Assembly (NCBI RefSeq): GCF_014252315.1
Contig: NZ_CP059216.1
Location: 418,038-450,037, forward strand
DNA length: 32,000 nucleotides
Direction of reading: 5' to 3'
Source of the DNA: Candidatus Saccharimonadota bacterium
GTDB taxonomy: Bacteria > Bacteroidota > Bacteroidia > Flavobacteriales > Blattabacteriaceae
In this document: positions 21,534-30,654 of the stretch, piece after piece
Layout of the letters: every line of letters starts with the position of its first letter
Numbering within the stretch: the first letter of the stretch is position 1
The notes under the pieces: generated by a model
Seen by the model: only the letters and a program-made list of their open reading frames with translations
What the model was told of the DNA's origin: nothing
The model's database searches: none
Program-made: the position numbers and the translations under genes

Positions 21534-22256
21534 CTATAGAGTTTTTTTATAATTCTCAAAAATAAATGTATACTTAAAAAAAATTATTTTATTAATTTTA
21601 TTATTGAATAACAATATTATAATAATACCAATAAATATAAAAATATCTGATAAGTTAAAAATAGGTTCAAAAAATATAAAATTATATCCTCCTATAATAG
21701 GAATATATTTTGGTATAAAAAAATTTATTAATGGTAAATGAAACATATCAACTACACATCCCTTCATAATAGAATTATATCCTTTATTAGGAAAACTAAT
21801 TTTAGATATTCCAGAATAAGAAATCCATTTATTATACTTACTATCATAGTATGTTCCACTATCAAATAATAATCCATAAAAAGCACTATCTAAAAAATTA
21901 CCTAAAGAACCAGATAATATAAATATAATAGAATTAATCAAATAAAAATTTGAATTTTTTTTTATATTATATAAATAAATAAATAATATAAATAAAACAA
22001 TAAAAAAGCGTAAAATACTTAAAAATACTTTTCCATAATATCCAGGAATAATATGTATTCCATACGCCATTCCAGGATTTTCTATAAAAAATATTCTAAA
22101 AAAATAAAATATTGAAAATCCTGATCCTAATCTAAAATGAGTTTTTATATATATTTTTAATAACTGATCTATAAAAACTAATAAAATAATTAAAAAATTT
22201 TTTTTCAACTTAATAATAAAATATTTTAAACTTAAAAATAAATTATTATTTCTCAA
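21534..22256 (-). CDS. lspA: lipoprotein signal peptidase (signal peptidase II), Bacteroidetes-type with periplasmic insertion
   Basis: 240-aa polytopic ORF with ENPGMAYG, LGNFLDS (first catalytic Asp region), VVDMFHLPL and FNLSDIF (second catalytic Asp region). It lies directly downstream of ileS, the conserved ileS-lspA pairing, and its start overlaps the ileS 3' end by 11 nt. Confidence 0.85.
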   Translation of the reverse strand: MRNNNLFLSLKYFIIKLKKNFLIILLVFIDQLLKIYIKTHFRLGSGFSIFYFFRIFFIENPGMAYGIHIIPGYYGKVFLSILRFFIVLFILFIYLYNIKKNSNFYLINSIIFILSGSLGNFLDSAFYGLLFDSGTYYDSKYNKWISYSGISKISFPNKGYNSIMKGCVVDMFHLPLINFFIPKYIPIIGGYNFIFFEPIFNLSDIFIFIGIIIILLFNNKINKIIFFKYTFIFENYKKTL

Positions 22257-25200
22257 ATTTTTTAATTTGTAAAAAAATTTTATTATTATTTATATTAATT
22301 TCTATTCCATTTTTTTTATCCAGTTTATCACAAAATAAAATATTCATAGAAAGAGTTTCTTTACATATAATATTTTTATATTCTATTAATATTTCTTTTA
22401 CATTATAATTACAATTATTATTTATGTATATTAATATTTTTTCTGTTACAACATAACATAATTTTTTTCTTAAATATTGAGTATATCTAATTATTTCTCT
22501 TATAATTCCTTCATTTTTAAGACTTTTTGTAATATTTAAATCTAATGCTATAGTTAAATTATCTATAGATGAAACTGCCCAATTATCAATATATTCTGTA
22601 ATAATTTTTACATCTTCTAAAGAAATAATGAAATTTTTTTTATCAAAAAATAAATTAATTTCCTTATTATCTTCAATTTTTTTTATTTCCTTTTGATTTA
22701 ATTTTTTAATTAATTTACATATTTGTTTTGTATTATTACCAAATTTAGGTCCTAGTAATTTATAATTAGGTTTAACATATTTTATTAATTTCAAATTTTT
22801 ATAAGAATCAGTAAATTTAACTTCTTTTACATTAGCTTCTTTCAAAATAATATCTAATATATCTTTTAATTTATCTTGTTTTTTTTGATAATCAATGATT
22901 AATACCCTTTTTAAGGGTTGTCTAATTTTAATCATATGTTTTTTTCTTAAAGAAAAAATAATATTAACTATTTTTTGAGCTAAACGAATTTTTTTCTCTA
23001 AGTTTTTATTAATAAAATTATTATTATGATCAGGAAATTTGCTAAGATGAATACTTAAACATTTTTCTTTTTTAGTTGTTAAGTTTAAATCAATATAAAT
23101 TTTTTCAGATAAAAAAGGAACAATTGGAGATATAATTTTAGAAATATTCAATAAACAGTTATAAACTACTTGATAAGCAGAAATTTTATTTTTTGTATAT
23201 TTATTTTTCCAAAATCTTCTTCTATTAAGTCTTATATACCAATTACTTAATTGATTTAAAACAAAATCATCAACTAAACGTACTACTTTTGTAGGATTAT
23301 ATTTTTTGTAATATTCATTAGATTTTTTAATTACAGTATTTAATTCAGATAAAATCCATAAATCTAATTGTGTATAATATTTATAATTATCTTTTTCTTT
23401 ATATATAAATCCATCTATATTTGCATATAATGCAAAAAAAGAATAAATATTATATAGTGTACTAAAAAATTTTTTAATTACAATATTAATATTATCCATA
23501 TCAAATTTTATATTATCCCATGGATTTGAATTAAATATAATATACCAACGTATAGAATCGGGACCATAATTGTTGATTAAATCAATTGGATCTATTGTAT
23601 TTCCTTTACTTTTGGACATTTTATATCCATTTTTATCTAAAATTAGTCCTGTATATACCACATTTTTATATGCATAAGATTTAAAAATAGCACTACTAAT
23701 AATATGTAAAGTAAAGAACCATCCTCTTGTTTGATCTGATCCTTCTGATATAAAATCAGAAGGAAATAATATTTTATTGTCAATAAAACCTTTATTTTCA
23801 AAAGGATAATGAAATTGAGCATAAGGCATTGATCCAGAATCAAACCAAACATCTAACAAATCAGGATCTCTTTTCATAGGATTTCCTTTAGGAGAAACTA
23901 AAATTAGTTTATCTAAAATATGTTTATGTAGATCAATTTTTTTATAATTTTCATCACTCATATCATTTATTATAAATTCATTAAAAATGTTATGAGACAT
24001 AATTCCATGTTTTATAGATTTATTTATCTCAAAAATTAATTCTTTTATAGATCCTATAATTAATTTTTCTTTTCCATTTTTTGTTGTCCAAATTGGTAGA
24101 GGAGTTCCCCAAAATCTTGTTCTAGAAATATTCCAATTTTTAACATTTTTTAACCATGAATCAAATCTATTATTATTTTTATCAATATTATTGGAATACC
24201 AGTTTATTTTATCATTTAAAATAATCATTTTATTTTTAAATTTTTCATTATTTATAAACCATGAGTGTAAAGGATAATATATAATTGGTTTTCCTGTTCT
24301 CCAACAATGAGGATAAAAATGTTTATACTTTTCTGATTTAAATATTTTATTTTCTTTTTTCAGAAAAGAAACAATTTCTTCATCAACTGAAAAAAAATTA
24401 TTTTTTTTTGGATTAAATGCATTATTTATATATTTATTATCAAATCCATAAGGAAAATCATCTAAAAATTTTCCTTGAAAGTCTACCAATGGTACTAATA
24501 AATTATTTTTTTTAATTAACATAGAAGGAATATCATATTTCTTAGCTATCAAAAAATCTTCTAATCCAAAAGTTGGAGATATATGAACTATTCCTGTTCC
24601 TTCTTCTACATTGATAGAATCACTTATTACAACTCTAAATGCTTTATGCATATTTTTATATGGAGAAAACCATGGTAATAATTGTTCATATCTTACATTA
24701 ATTATTTTTTTTCCTTTAAATTTATTAATTATTAAGTATGGAATTTTTTTTCCACTTAATTTTATTTTATTTTCATTATTAACGGGAAAATATTCATTTT
24801 GAGGTAATACATTACTAATAGATTTTTCTGAAATAATAATATTTTCTTTTATATTGATAAAATGGTTATATATTTTAATTAAAACATAATCAATATTTAT
24901 TCCAACAGATAAAGCGGTATTTGATGGTAAAGTCCATGGAGTTGTAGTCCATGAAAGCAAATAAATATTTCCCGATATATTTTTAAATTGATTATCTTTA
25001 GATAAAGTATTTTTTATTAATTTAAATTTAACAATGGGAGATATTTGTTCTATTTTTTTATAAGCACCAGGCATATTTAATTCATGATAACTTAATCCAG
25101 TTCCAGCTGCTGGAGAATAAGGTTGAATAATATAATCTTTATATAAAAGATTTTTCTTATAAAATTTTTTCAAAATCCACCAAACACTTTCTATATATTT

Positions 25201-25680
25201 AGAATTACATGTTTTAAAATTATTTTTTAAATCAATCCAAAATCCCATTTTTTCTGTAAATAATTCCCATTCTTTTAAAGAATCATTAACAAATTTTTCA
25301 CATATTTTATTATAATTTTCTACACTAATTTTTTTTCCTATATCATTTTTATTTATACCTATTTTTTTTTCAACATTTATTTCAACAGGTAATCCATGAG
25401 TATCCCATCCAGCTTTTCTGAACACTATTTTACCTTTCATATAATTATATCTACAAAATATATCTTTTATAGTTCTAGATAAAATATGATGAATTCCAGG
25501 AGGACCATTCAATGACGGAGGCCCTTCATATAAAACATATATATTTTTATTAGAATAAAAATTTTTTTTAAAATTTTCTTGTGTTTTTTGAAAAACTTTA
25601 TTCTCTTTCCAATATTTAATTATTTCAATAAATATTTTTTTTAAATTTAATTCTTTATACTCTGAAAATTTTTTTGGCAT
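22246..25680 (-). CDS. ileS: isoleucyl-tRNA synthetase (long, type-2 form)
   Basis: 1144-aa ORF with PPSLNGPPGIHHILSR (HIGH-region variant), the KMSKSKGN motif, and an editing-domain WTTTPWTLPSN block. Confidence 0.97.
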   Translation of the reverse strand: MPKKFSEYKELNLKKIFIEIIKYWKENKVFQKTQENFKKNFYSNKNIYVLYEGPPSLNGPPGIHHILSRTIKDIFCRYNYMKGKIVFRKAGWDTHGLPVEINVEKKIGINKNDIGKKISVENYNKICEKFVNDSLKEWELFTEKMGFWIDLKNNFKTCNSKYIESVWWILKKFYKKNLLYKDYIIQPYSPAAGTGLSYHELNMPGAYKKIEQISPIVKFKLIKNTLSKDNQFKNISGNIYLLSWTTTPWTLPSNTALSVGINIDYVLIKIYNHFINIKENIIISEKSISNVLPQNEYFPVNNENKIKLSGKKIPYLIINKFKGKKIINVRYEQLLPWFSPYKNMHKAFRVVISDSINVEEGTGIVHISPTFGLEDFLIAKKYDIPSMLIKKNNLLVPLVDFQGKFLDDFPYGFDNKYINNAFNPKKNNFFSVDEEIVSFLKKENKIFKSEKYKHFYPHCWRTGKPIIYYPLHSWFINNEKFKNKMIILNDKINWYSNNIDKNNNRFDSWLKNVKNWNISRTRFWGTPLPIWTTKNGKEKLIIGSIKELIFEINKSIKHGIMSHNIFNEFIINDMSDENYKKIDLHKHILDKLILVSPKGNPMKRDPDLLDVWFDSGSMPYAQFHYPFENKGFIDNKILFPSDFISEGSDQTRGWFFTLHIISSAIFKSYAYKNVVYTGLILDKNGYKMSKSKGNTIDPIDLINNYGPDSIRWYIIFNSNPWDNIKFDMDNINIVIKKFFSTLYNIYSFFALYANIDGFIYKEKDNYKYYTQLDLWILSELNTVIKKSNEYYKKYNPTKVVRLVDDFVLNQLSNWYIRLNRRRFWKNKYTKNKISAYQVVYNCLLNISKIISPIVPFLSEKIYIDLNLTTKKEKCLSIHLSKFPDHNNNFINKNLEKKIRLAQKIVNIIFSLRKKHMIKIRQPLKRVLIIDYQKKQDKLKDILDIILKEANVKEVKFTDSYKNLKLIKYVKPNYKLLGPKFGNNTKQICKLIKKLNQKEIKKIEDNKEINLFFDKKNFIISLEDVKIITEYIDNWAVSSIDNLTIALDLNITKSLKNEGIIREIIRYTQYLRKKLCYVVTEKILIYINNNCNYNVKEILIEYKNIICKETLSMNILFCDKLDKKNGIEININNNKIFLQIKKFEK

Positions 25681-25770
25681 AAGAATTTTTATTTAATTGA
25701 TTTATCAGATTTATTTACTAATAGTATAGAATAAAAAAATATTATAATTTTTAACTATATCATTATTAAA

Positions 25771-28341
25771 ATGAGTAAAAACAACAATAAAAAAGAAGAA
25801 ACACCATTAATTAAGCAATATAATAATATAAAATCTAAATATCCAGATACTATTTTATTATTTCAAGTTGGAGATTTTTATGAAACTTTTGATAAAGATG
25901 CTATTTTATGTTCTAAAATACTAAATATTGTTTTAACTAAAAAATCTAATATTAAACATCTAGCTGGATTTCCTTGTCATTCTTTAAATACATATTTACC
26001 TAAATTGATAAAATCAGGAAATAGAGTAGCTATTTGCAATCAAGTAGAAGATAAACCTGTAGAAGGTAAAAATATAGTTAAACGAGATGTAGTTGAATTA
26101 ATTACTCCAGGAGTAATAATAAATGAAAATATATTAAATATTAAATCTAATAATTTTTTATCTTCTGTTCATATAGAAAAAAATTCTTTTGGATTAAGTT
26201 TATTAGATATTTCTACAGGAGAATTTTTTGTTGTAGAAGATGATATAAAATATGTATATCAATATATAAATCATTTCAAACCTAGTGAAATAATTTATCA
26301 AAATAATAAAAAACATTTTTTTGATAAATTATTAATTAATGATAATTATCCTACTTTTTTGATGAATGATTGGATGTTTAATTATCAGCTTTCTTATGAA
26401 AAAATGATAATGCATTTTAAAACAAATTCATTAAAAGGATTTGGTATTGATGATATGAAATTAGGAATAATATCTTCTGGAGTTATTCTTTATTATTTAT
26501 ATGAAACATATAATTTTAAAATTAAACACATATCTAATATCCGTAGAATAAAAAAAGAAAATTGTATGTGGATAGATGATTCTACTTTTAAAAATCTTGA
26601 AATTTTTCATCCTATAAATAAAAATGGATCTTCATTAATAAATGTAATAGATTTTACAATTACTCCTATGGGAGGTAGATTATTAAAAAATTGGATTCTT
26701 TTTCCTATTATTGATATTGATATTATAAAAAACAGAATAAATATAGTAAAAGAACTATATGAAAATGAAAAAATAAGAATACTTATAAAAAAAAATCTTA
26801 AATCTATTCATGATATAGATAGAATTATATCAAGAATGGTTATGGATAAAACTAATATAAGAGATATTATAATTTTAAATGAATCTTTAATTTCCATTGA
26901 TAAAATGAAAAAAATAACTTTTTTTCATAAAAAAGTAGAAAATATTAAAAAATTAATAATTTTATTACAAGATTGCAATTATATATCTAAAAAAATTGAA
27001 AAAACTATAAATAAAAATGTTTTATTTACAAATGATAAAATTAAACATAATATAATAAAAAAAGGAAATTCTAAAGAGTTAGATAAACTTAGAGATCTAT
27101 ATTTAAATCAAAAAGAATATTTATTAAAACTTTGTGATAAAGAACAATCAAAAACAGGAATAAAAAATATTAAAATTCATTTTAATAATATATTAGGATA
27201 TTCTTTTGAGATTAGAAAAAAATATAAAAATATTGTTCCTTCTCATTGGAAGCAAAAACAAACATTATCTAGTACTATTAGATATAGTACTGATGAATTA
27301 AAAAATTATGAAGTAAATATAATAAATAACGAACAAAAAATTTTTTATTTAGAAAAAGAAATAATTAAAAATCTTATTAATAATATTTTAAAACATATTA
27401 AAATATTACAAAATAATTCAAAATTAATAGCCAAAATAGATGTATTACATTCTTTTTCTTCTTCTGCAATAGAAAATAATTATTCAATGCCTATAATAAA
27501 TAATTCTCATAATTTATCTATAATAGAAGGTAGACATCCTGTAATAGAAAAACAATTTTTATTAAAAAATTCATATATACCAAATGATATTTTGCTTAAT
27601 AGCAATAAGCAACAAATTATAATTATAACAGGACCAAATATGTCTGGAAAATCTGCTATTTTACGTCAAACAGCTATTATAATATTAATGACACATATTG
27701 GAAGTTTTGTTCCAGCAAAAAAAGTAGAAATAGGATTAATAAATAAAATTTTTAGCAGAGTTGGTGCTTATGATAATATATCTATGGGAGAATCAACTTT
27801 TATGGTTGAAATGAATGAAACAGCAAATATATTAAATAATATTTCTAAAAGAAGTTTTATTATTTTAGATGAAATAGGAAGAGGAACTAGTACTTATGAT
27901 GGAATAGCAATCGCAAAGTCAATTATAGAATTTTTACATAATAGCAAAATGAATCCTTTAGTATTATTTGCTACTCATTATCATGAATTAAATAATATGA
28001 CTCTTTTTTTTAAAAGAGTAAAAAATTATCATGTATCTGTAAAAAAAATAAAAGATAATATTGTTTTTATAAGAAAATTAATGATAGGAGGAAGTGATTC
28101 TAGTCTTGGTATTTATATAGCAAAAATATCAGGAATGCCTATTAATGTTGTTAAAAAATCAATGAAAATATTAAAAAAATTAAAAAATGATAAAAAAAAT
28201 AAATGTTTAACAAAAGAAAAAAATTATATTTTTTTAATAAAAAAAATTATACATATTTTAAATAATATAAAAAATATAGAATTATTATCTAATAAAGATG
28301 CTATTATTAAAATAAATGAAATTCAAAAATTATTAAATTAA
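25771..28341 (+). CDS. mutS: DNA mismatch repair protein MutS
   Basis: 856-aa ORF. It has the N-terminal mismatch-binding domain TPLIKQYNNIKSKYPDTILLFQVGDFYETF, the Walker A motif GPNMSGKS, ILDEIGRGTSTYDG (Walker B region) and FATHYHEL. Confidence 0.95.
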   Translation: MSKNNNKKEETPLIKQYNNIKSKYPDTILLFQVGDFYETFDKDAILCSKILNIVLTKKSNIKHLAGFPCHSLNTYLPKLIKSGNRVAICNQVEDKPVEGKNIVKRDVVELITPGVIINENILNIKSNNFLSSVHIEKNSFGLSLLDISTGEFFVVEDDIKYVYQYINHFKPSEIIYQNNKKHFFDKLLINDNYPTFLMNDWMFNYQLSYEKMIMHFKTNSLKGFGIDDMKLGIISSGVILYYLYETYNFKIKHISNIRRIKKENCMWIDDSTFKNLEIFHPINKNGSSLINVIDFTITPMGGRLLKNWILFPIIDIDIIKNRINIVKELYENEKIRILIKKNLKSIHDIDRIISRMVMDKTNIRDIIILNESLISIDKMKKITFFHKKVENIKKLIILLQDCNYISKKIEKTINKNVLFTNDKIKHNIIKKGNSKELDKLRDLYLNQKEYLLKLCDKEQSKTGIKNIKIHFNNILGYSFEIRKKYKNIVPSHWKQKQTLSSTIRYSTDELKNYEVNIINNEQKIFYLEKEIIKNLINNILKHIKILQNNSKLIAKIDVLHSFSSSAIENNYSMPIINNSHNLSIIEGRHPVIEKQFLLKNSYIPNDILLNSNKQQIIIITGPNMSGKSAILRQTAIIILMTHIGSFVPAKKVEIGLINKIFSRVGAYDNISMGESTFMVEMNETANILNNISKRSFIILDEIGRGTSTYDGIAIAKSIIEFLHNSKMNPLVLFATHYHELNNMTLFFKRVKNYHVSVKKIKDNIVFIRKLMIGGSDSSLGIYIAKISGMPINVVKKSMKILKKLKNDKKNKCLTKEKNYIFLIKKIIHILNNIKNIELLSNKDAIIKINEIQKLLN

Positions 28342-28404
28342 TAAAATTTGTTATAAATAAATTTGCTATATATATTAAGTGTTTTTAAATTAGTATATAA
28401 AAAA

Positions 28405-28478
28405 GCGAGAATAGCTTAGTTTGGTAGAGCACGACCTTGCCAAGGTCGAGGTCGCGGGTTCGATCCCCGTTTCTCGCT
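28405..28478 (+). tRNA. tRNA-Gly (anticodon GCC)
   Basis: Cloverleaf: acceptor GCGAGAA/TTCTCGC, anticodon stem CGACC/GGTCG, loop TT-GCC-AA, T arm GCGGG-TTCGATC-CCCGT. Confidence 0.9.
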
Positions 28479-28501
28479 TATATTTATTATATTTTTTTAT
28501 A

Positions 28502-28586
28502 ATCCGGGTGGTGGAATTGGTAGACACACAGGACTTAAAATCCTGTGATCATATTGATCATACGGGTTCGAGTCCCGTCCCGGGTA
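28502..28586 (+). tRNA. tRNA-Leu (anticodon TAA), class II with long variable arm
   Basis: Cloverleaf: acceptor ATCCGGG/CCCGGGT (one T-G wobble), D region GTG-GAATTGGTAGA-CAC, anticodon stem CAGGA/TCCTG, loop CT-TAA-AA, variable-arm hairpin built on a GATCA...TGATC inverted repeat, T arm ACGGG-TTCGAGT-CCCGT. The 5' boundary is good to about 1 nt. Confidence 0.85.
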
Positions 28587-28593
28587 CAATTAA

Positions 28594-30084
28594 TTATTCA
28601 TTTCCAAAATAATTAGGAGCTTCTTTTATTATATTTACACTATGTGGATGATTTTCTTTCAATCCAGAATTTGTTATTTTAACAAACTTAGATTTTTTTA
28701 TTAATTCTTTTATATTAGATACACCGCAATACCCCATTCCTGATCTTAATCCTCCACATATTTGATAAATAACATCTTTTATCTTTCCTTTATAAGGAAC
28801 TATTGCTTCTATTCCTTCTGGAACAAGTTTATTATTAAACTGAAAATATCTATCATTACTACCTCTTTTCATAGCTGATAATGAGCCCATTCCTACATAT
28901 GTTTTAAATTTTCTTCCATGATAAATTACTTCTTCTCCAGGAGATTCATCTGTTCCAGCAAATAAACTACCTATCATAACAGAACTAGCTCCAAAAGCTA
29001 AAGCTTTTACAATATCTCCAGAATATCTTATTCCTCCATCGGAAATAACACTAACATTTCTTTTTTTTGAATATTTATATACTTCATTTATAGCTGTTAA
29101 TTGAGGGACTCCTACTCCAGCTATAACTCTAGTTGTACATATTGATCCTGATCCAATTCCAACTTTCAAAATAGAAGATCCAGCATCTATTAAATCTTTA
29201 GCTCCATCTTTAGTTACAATATTTCCTACTAATAATGTAATATTAGGAAATGAATTTCTAATTGATTTAACAATATCAATAATTTTGGAAGAATGACCAT
29301 GAGCAGAATCTATAGCAATTAAATCAACTTTTACCTGTACTAATGATTCAACTCTATCCAATATATTTTTATCTACTCCTATTGCAGCTCCTACTCTTAA
29401 ACATCCTCTAGAATCTTTACATGCATTAGGATATTTAATTATATTATCTATATCTCTAATTGTTATTAATCCTTCAAGTTTATTAAAACTATCTACAATA
29501 GGTAATTTTTCTATCCTTTCTTTAATTAGAATATTTTTTGCTTCTTCTGTAGTTATACATTTTGTAGATGTTATCAATTTTTCTTTTGTCATAACTTCTT
29601 CTACTAAAGAATCCATATCTATTCTATATTTTATATCTCTTTTTGTTATAATACCTACTAATAATTTATTTTCTTCTACTACAGGTAATCCTGATATTTT
29701 ATATTTATTCATTAGATATTGAGCGTATTTTAATGTAGATTTTCTAGAAAGAGTAATAGGATTATCTATAATTCCACTCTCATATCTTTTTACTTTATAA
29801 ACTTCTTTTGTCTGATTTTTTATATCCATATTTTTATGAATTATTCCCATTCCTCCTTCTCTAGCAATAGATATAGCTAAAGAAGATTCAGTAACCGTAT
29901 CCATAGCTGCACTTAATATTGGAATATTTAATGTAATATCAGAAGTTATAGATGTTTTTAATGATACTTCTGATGGTAAAATTGAGGAATATGATGGAAC
30001 AAGTAATACATCATCAAAAGTTAAAGCTTCTTTTAAGATCTTTTTGTTTGAAGACATAATTTTTTGTTTTATTAATTGATTCAA
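28594..30084 (-). CDS. guaB: inosine-5'-monophosphate dehydrogenase
   Basis: 496-aa ORF with [10 protein letters not shown], tandem CBS domains, the catalytic loop [11 protein letters not shown] and [14 protein letters not shown]. The true start is probably Met10 (ATG at 30057, giving [21 protein letters not shown]) rather than 30084. Confidence 0.95.
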   Translation of the reverse strand: MNQLIKQKIMSSNKKILKEALTFDDVLLVPSYSSILPSEVSLKTSITSDITLNIPILSAAMDTVTESSLAISIAREGGMGIIHKNMDIKNQTKEVYKVKRYESGIIDNPITLSRKSTLKYAQYLMNKYKISGLPVVEENKLLVGIITKRDIKYRIDMDSLVEEVMTKEKLITSTKCITTEEAKNILIKERIEKLPIVDSFNKLEGLITIRDIDNIIKYPNACKDSRGCLRVGAAIGVDKNILDRVESLVQVKVDLIAIDSAHGHSSKIIDIVKSIRNSFPNITLLVGNIVTKDGAKDLIDAGSSILKVGIGSGSICTTRVIAGVGVPQLTAINEVYKYSKKRNVSVISDGGIRYSGDIVKALAFGASSVMIGSLFAGTDESPGEEVIYHGRKFKTYVGMGSLSAMKRGSNDRYFQFNNKLVPEGIEAIVPYKGKIKDVIYQICGGLRSGMGYCGVSNIKELIKKSKFVKITNSGLKENHPHSVNIIKEAPNYFGNE

Positions 30085-30161
30085 TATTAATTGATTAAAT
30101 AACGTAAAAATTAATTTATAATATTCTTATTATCAATATAAAAATAAAAATTGTAGATTTG

Positions 30162-30182
30162 TTTTTCATTAATAATGAAAAA
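30162..30182. repeat. perfect 10-1-10 palindrome TTTTTCATTA-A-TAATGAAAAA in the guaB/lipoprotein divergent intergenic region (function unknown)
   Basis: Read directly: positions 30162-30171 are the exact reverse complement of 30173-30182. A third copy of the 9-mer TTTTTCATT occurs at 30201-30209. Confidence 0.6.
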
Positions 30183-30222
30183 AGACAAATAATCATATAT
30201 TTTTTCATTTCAAATTTTTATA

Positions 30223-30230
30223 TAAATTTG
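30223..30230 (+). promoter_or_regulatory. candidate Bacteroidetes-type -7 promoter box (TAnnTTTG: TAAATTTG) for the small lipoprotein gene
   Basis: It matches the published Bacteroidetes sigma-A -7 consensus TAnnTTTG and sits about 36 nt upstream of ATG 30266. No convincing -33 TTTG lies at canonical spacing, and this motif is expected fairly often by chance in DNA this AT-rich. Confidence 0.25.
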
Positions 30231-30265
30231 TCCATAATGTGTAACAATTGAAATATTATTTGATT

Positions 30266-30565
30266 ATGATGAAAAAATTAAGATTTACTGTTACTACAAT
30301 TTTTTTGTTAGCTATGTTTTTGCTAACTATTGGTTGTAATAATAAAAATAAAAACAATGAGAATAATTCTTCTGCAACAGAAGAAGAAAAACCATCTAAT
30401 GGAAATGAAAATCCAACAGATTCACAATCTTCTACAAATATACCTCCTTCTACTCCTGGAGAAGAGTCTTCAAAAAATAATAATGAAGAAAATAATGGGA
30501 TAACATCTGATAAAGATAAAATAACAAATTCTGAAGATAGCGAAAAAAAAGTAACAGATAATTAA
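30266..30565 (+). CDS. small orphan lipoprotein, predicted secreted; the mature part is acidic, low-complexity and probably disordered
   Basis: The ORF track gives 30248-30565 from a TTG. The tandem ATG ATG at 30266/30269 gives MMKKLRFTVTTIFLLAMFLLTIGC, which has a basic n-region, a hydrophobic h-region and the lipobox L-T-I-G-C. The mature ~76 residues are rich in N/E/S/K/T/P and lack a hydrophobic core. I recognise no conserved domain. Confidence 0.6.
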   Translation: MMKKLRFTVTTIFLLAMFLLTIGCNNKNKNNENNSSATEEEKPSNGNENPTDSQSSTNIPPSTPGEESSKNNNEENNGITSDKDKITNSEDSEKKVTDN

Positions 30566-30573
30566 TATATATT

Positions 30574-30653
30574 AAGCAAAAAAAGGTATATTACATTACA
30601 AATAAGGAGTATATCTATTATGTAATATTTCGTATTAAATCCTTTTTTTGCTT
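30574..30653. terminator. nested inverted repeat between convergent genes (lipoprotein + / rplS -); candidate bidirectional terminator or structured RNA
   Basis: The outer 13-bp stem AAGCAAAAAAAGG (30574-30586) pairs perfectly with CCTTTTTTTGCTT (30641-30653). The inner 9-bp stem ATATTACAT (30588-30596) pairs with ATGTAATAT (30620-30628). On the + strand the 3' arm runs into GCTTTTTATT. The element fills nearly the whole 89-bp gap between the two stop codons. Confidence 0.4.
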
Positions 30654-30654
30654 T

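Noticed and set aside
28421-28612. 63-aa ORF on the + strand.
   Set aside because: It is read straight through tRNA-Gly(GCC) and tRNA-Leu(TAA). The relatively GC-rich tRNA sequence keeps a frame open by chance.
30057-30084. Nine-residue N-terminal extension of guaB (MNQLIKQKI) as something functional.
   Set aside because: IMPDH conservation begins at the ...[11 protein letters not shown] block, and Met10 gives a normal-length N-terminus. The extension is most likely an artefact of taking the longest ORF.
30223-30230. Using TAnnTTTG boxes to call promoters throughout the window.
   Set aside because: I checked the upstream regions of aroC, mutS, ileS, guaB, tuf and rplK and found no clean TAnnTTTG. 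The single hit upstream of the lipoprotein gene lacks a properly spaced -33 TTTG and could be chance at this base composition. It is kept only as a low-confidence feature.
30604-30625. Shine-Dalgarno-like AAGGAG followed 10 nt later by ATG, inside the hairpin loop.
   Set aside because: The ATG (30620) is followed immediately by TAA, so there is no ORF. Bacteroidetes generally do not rely on SD sequences. The motif is more likely incidental loop sequence of the inverted repeat.
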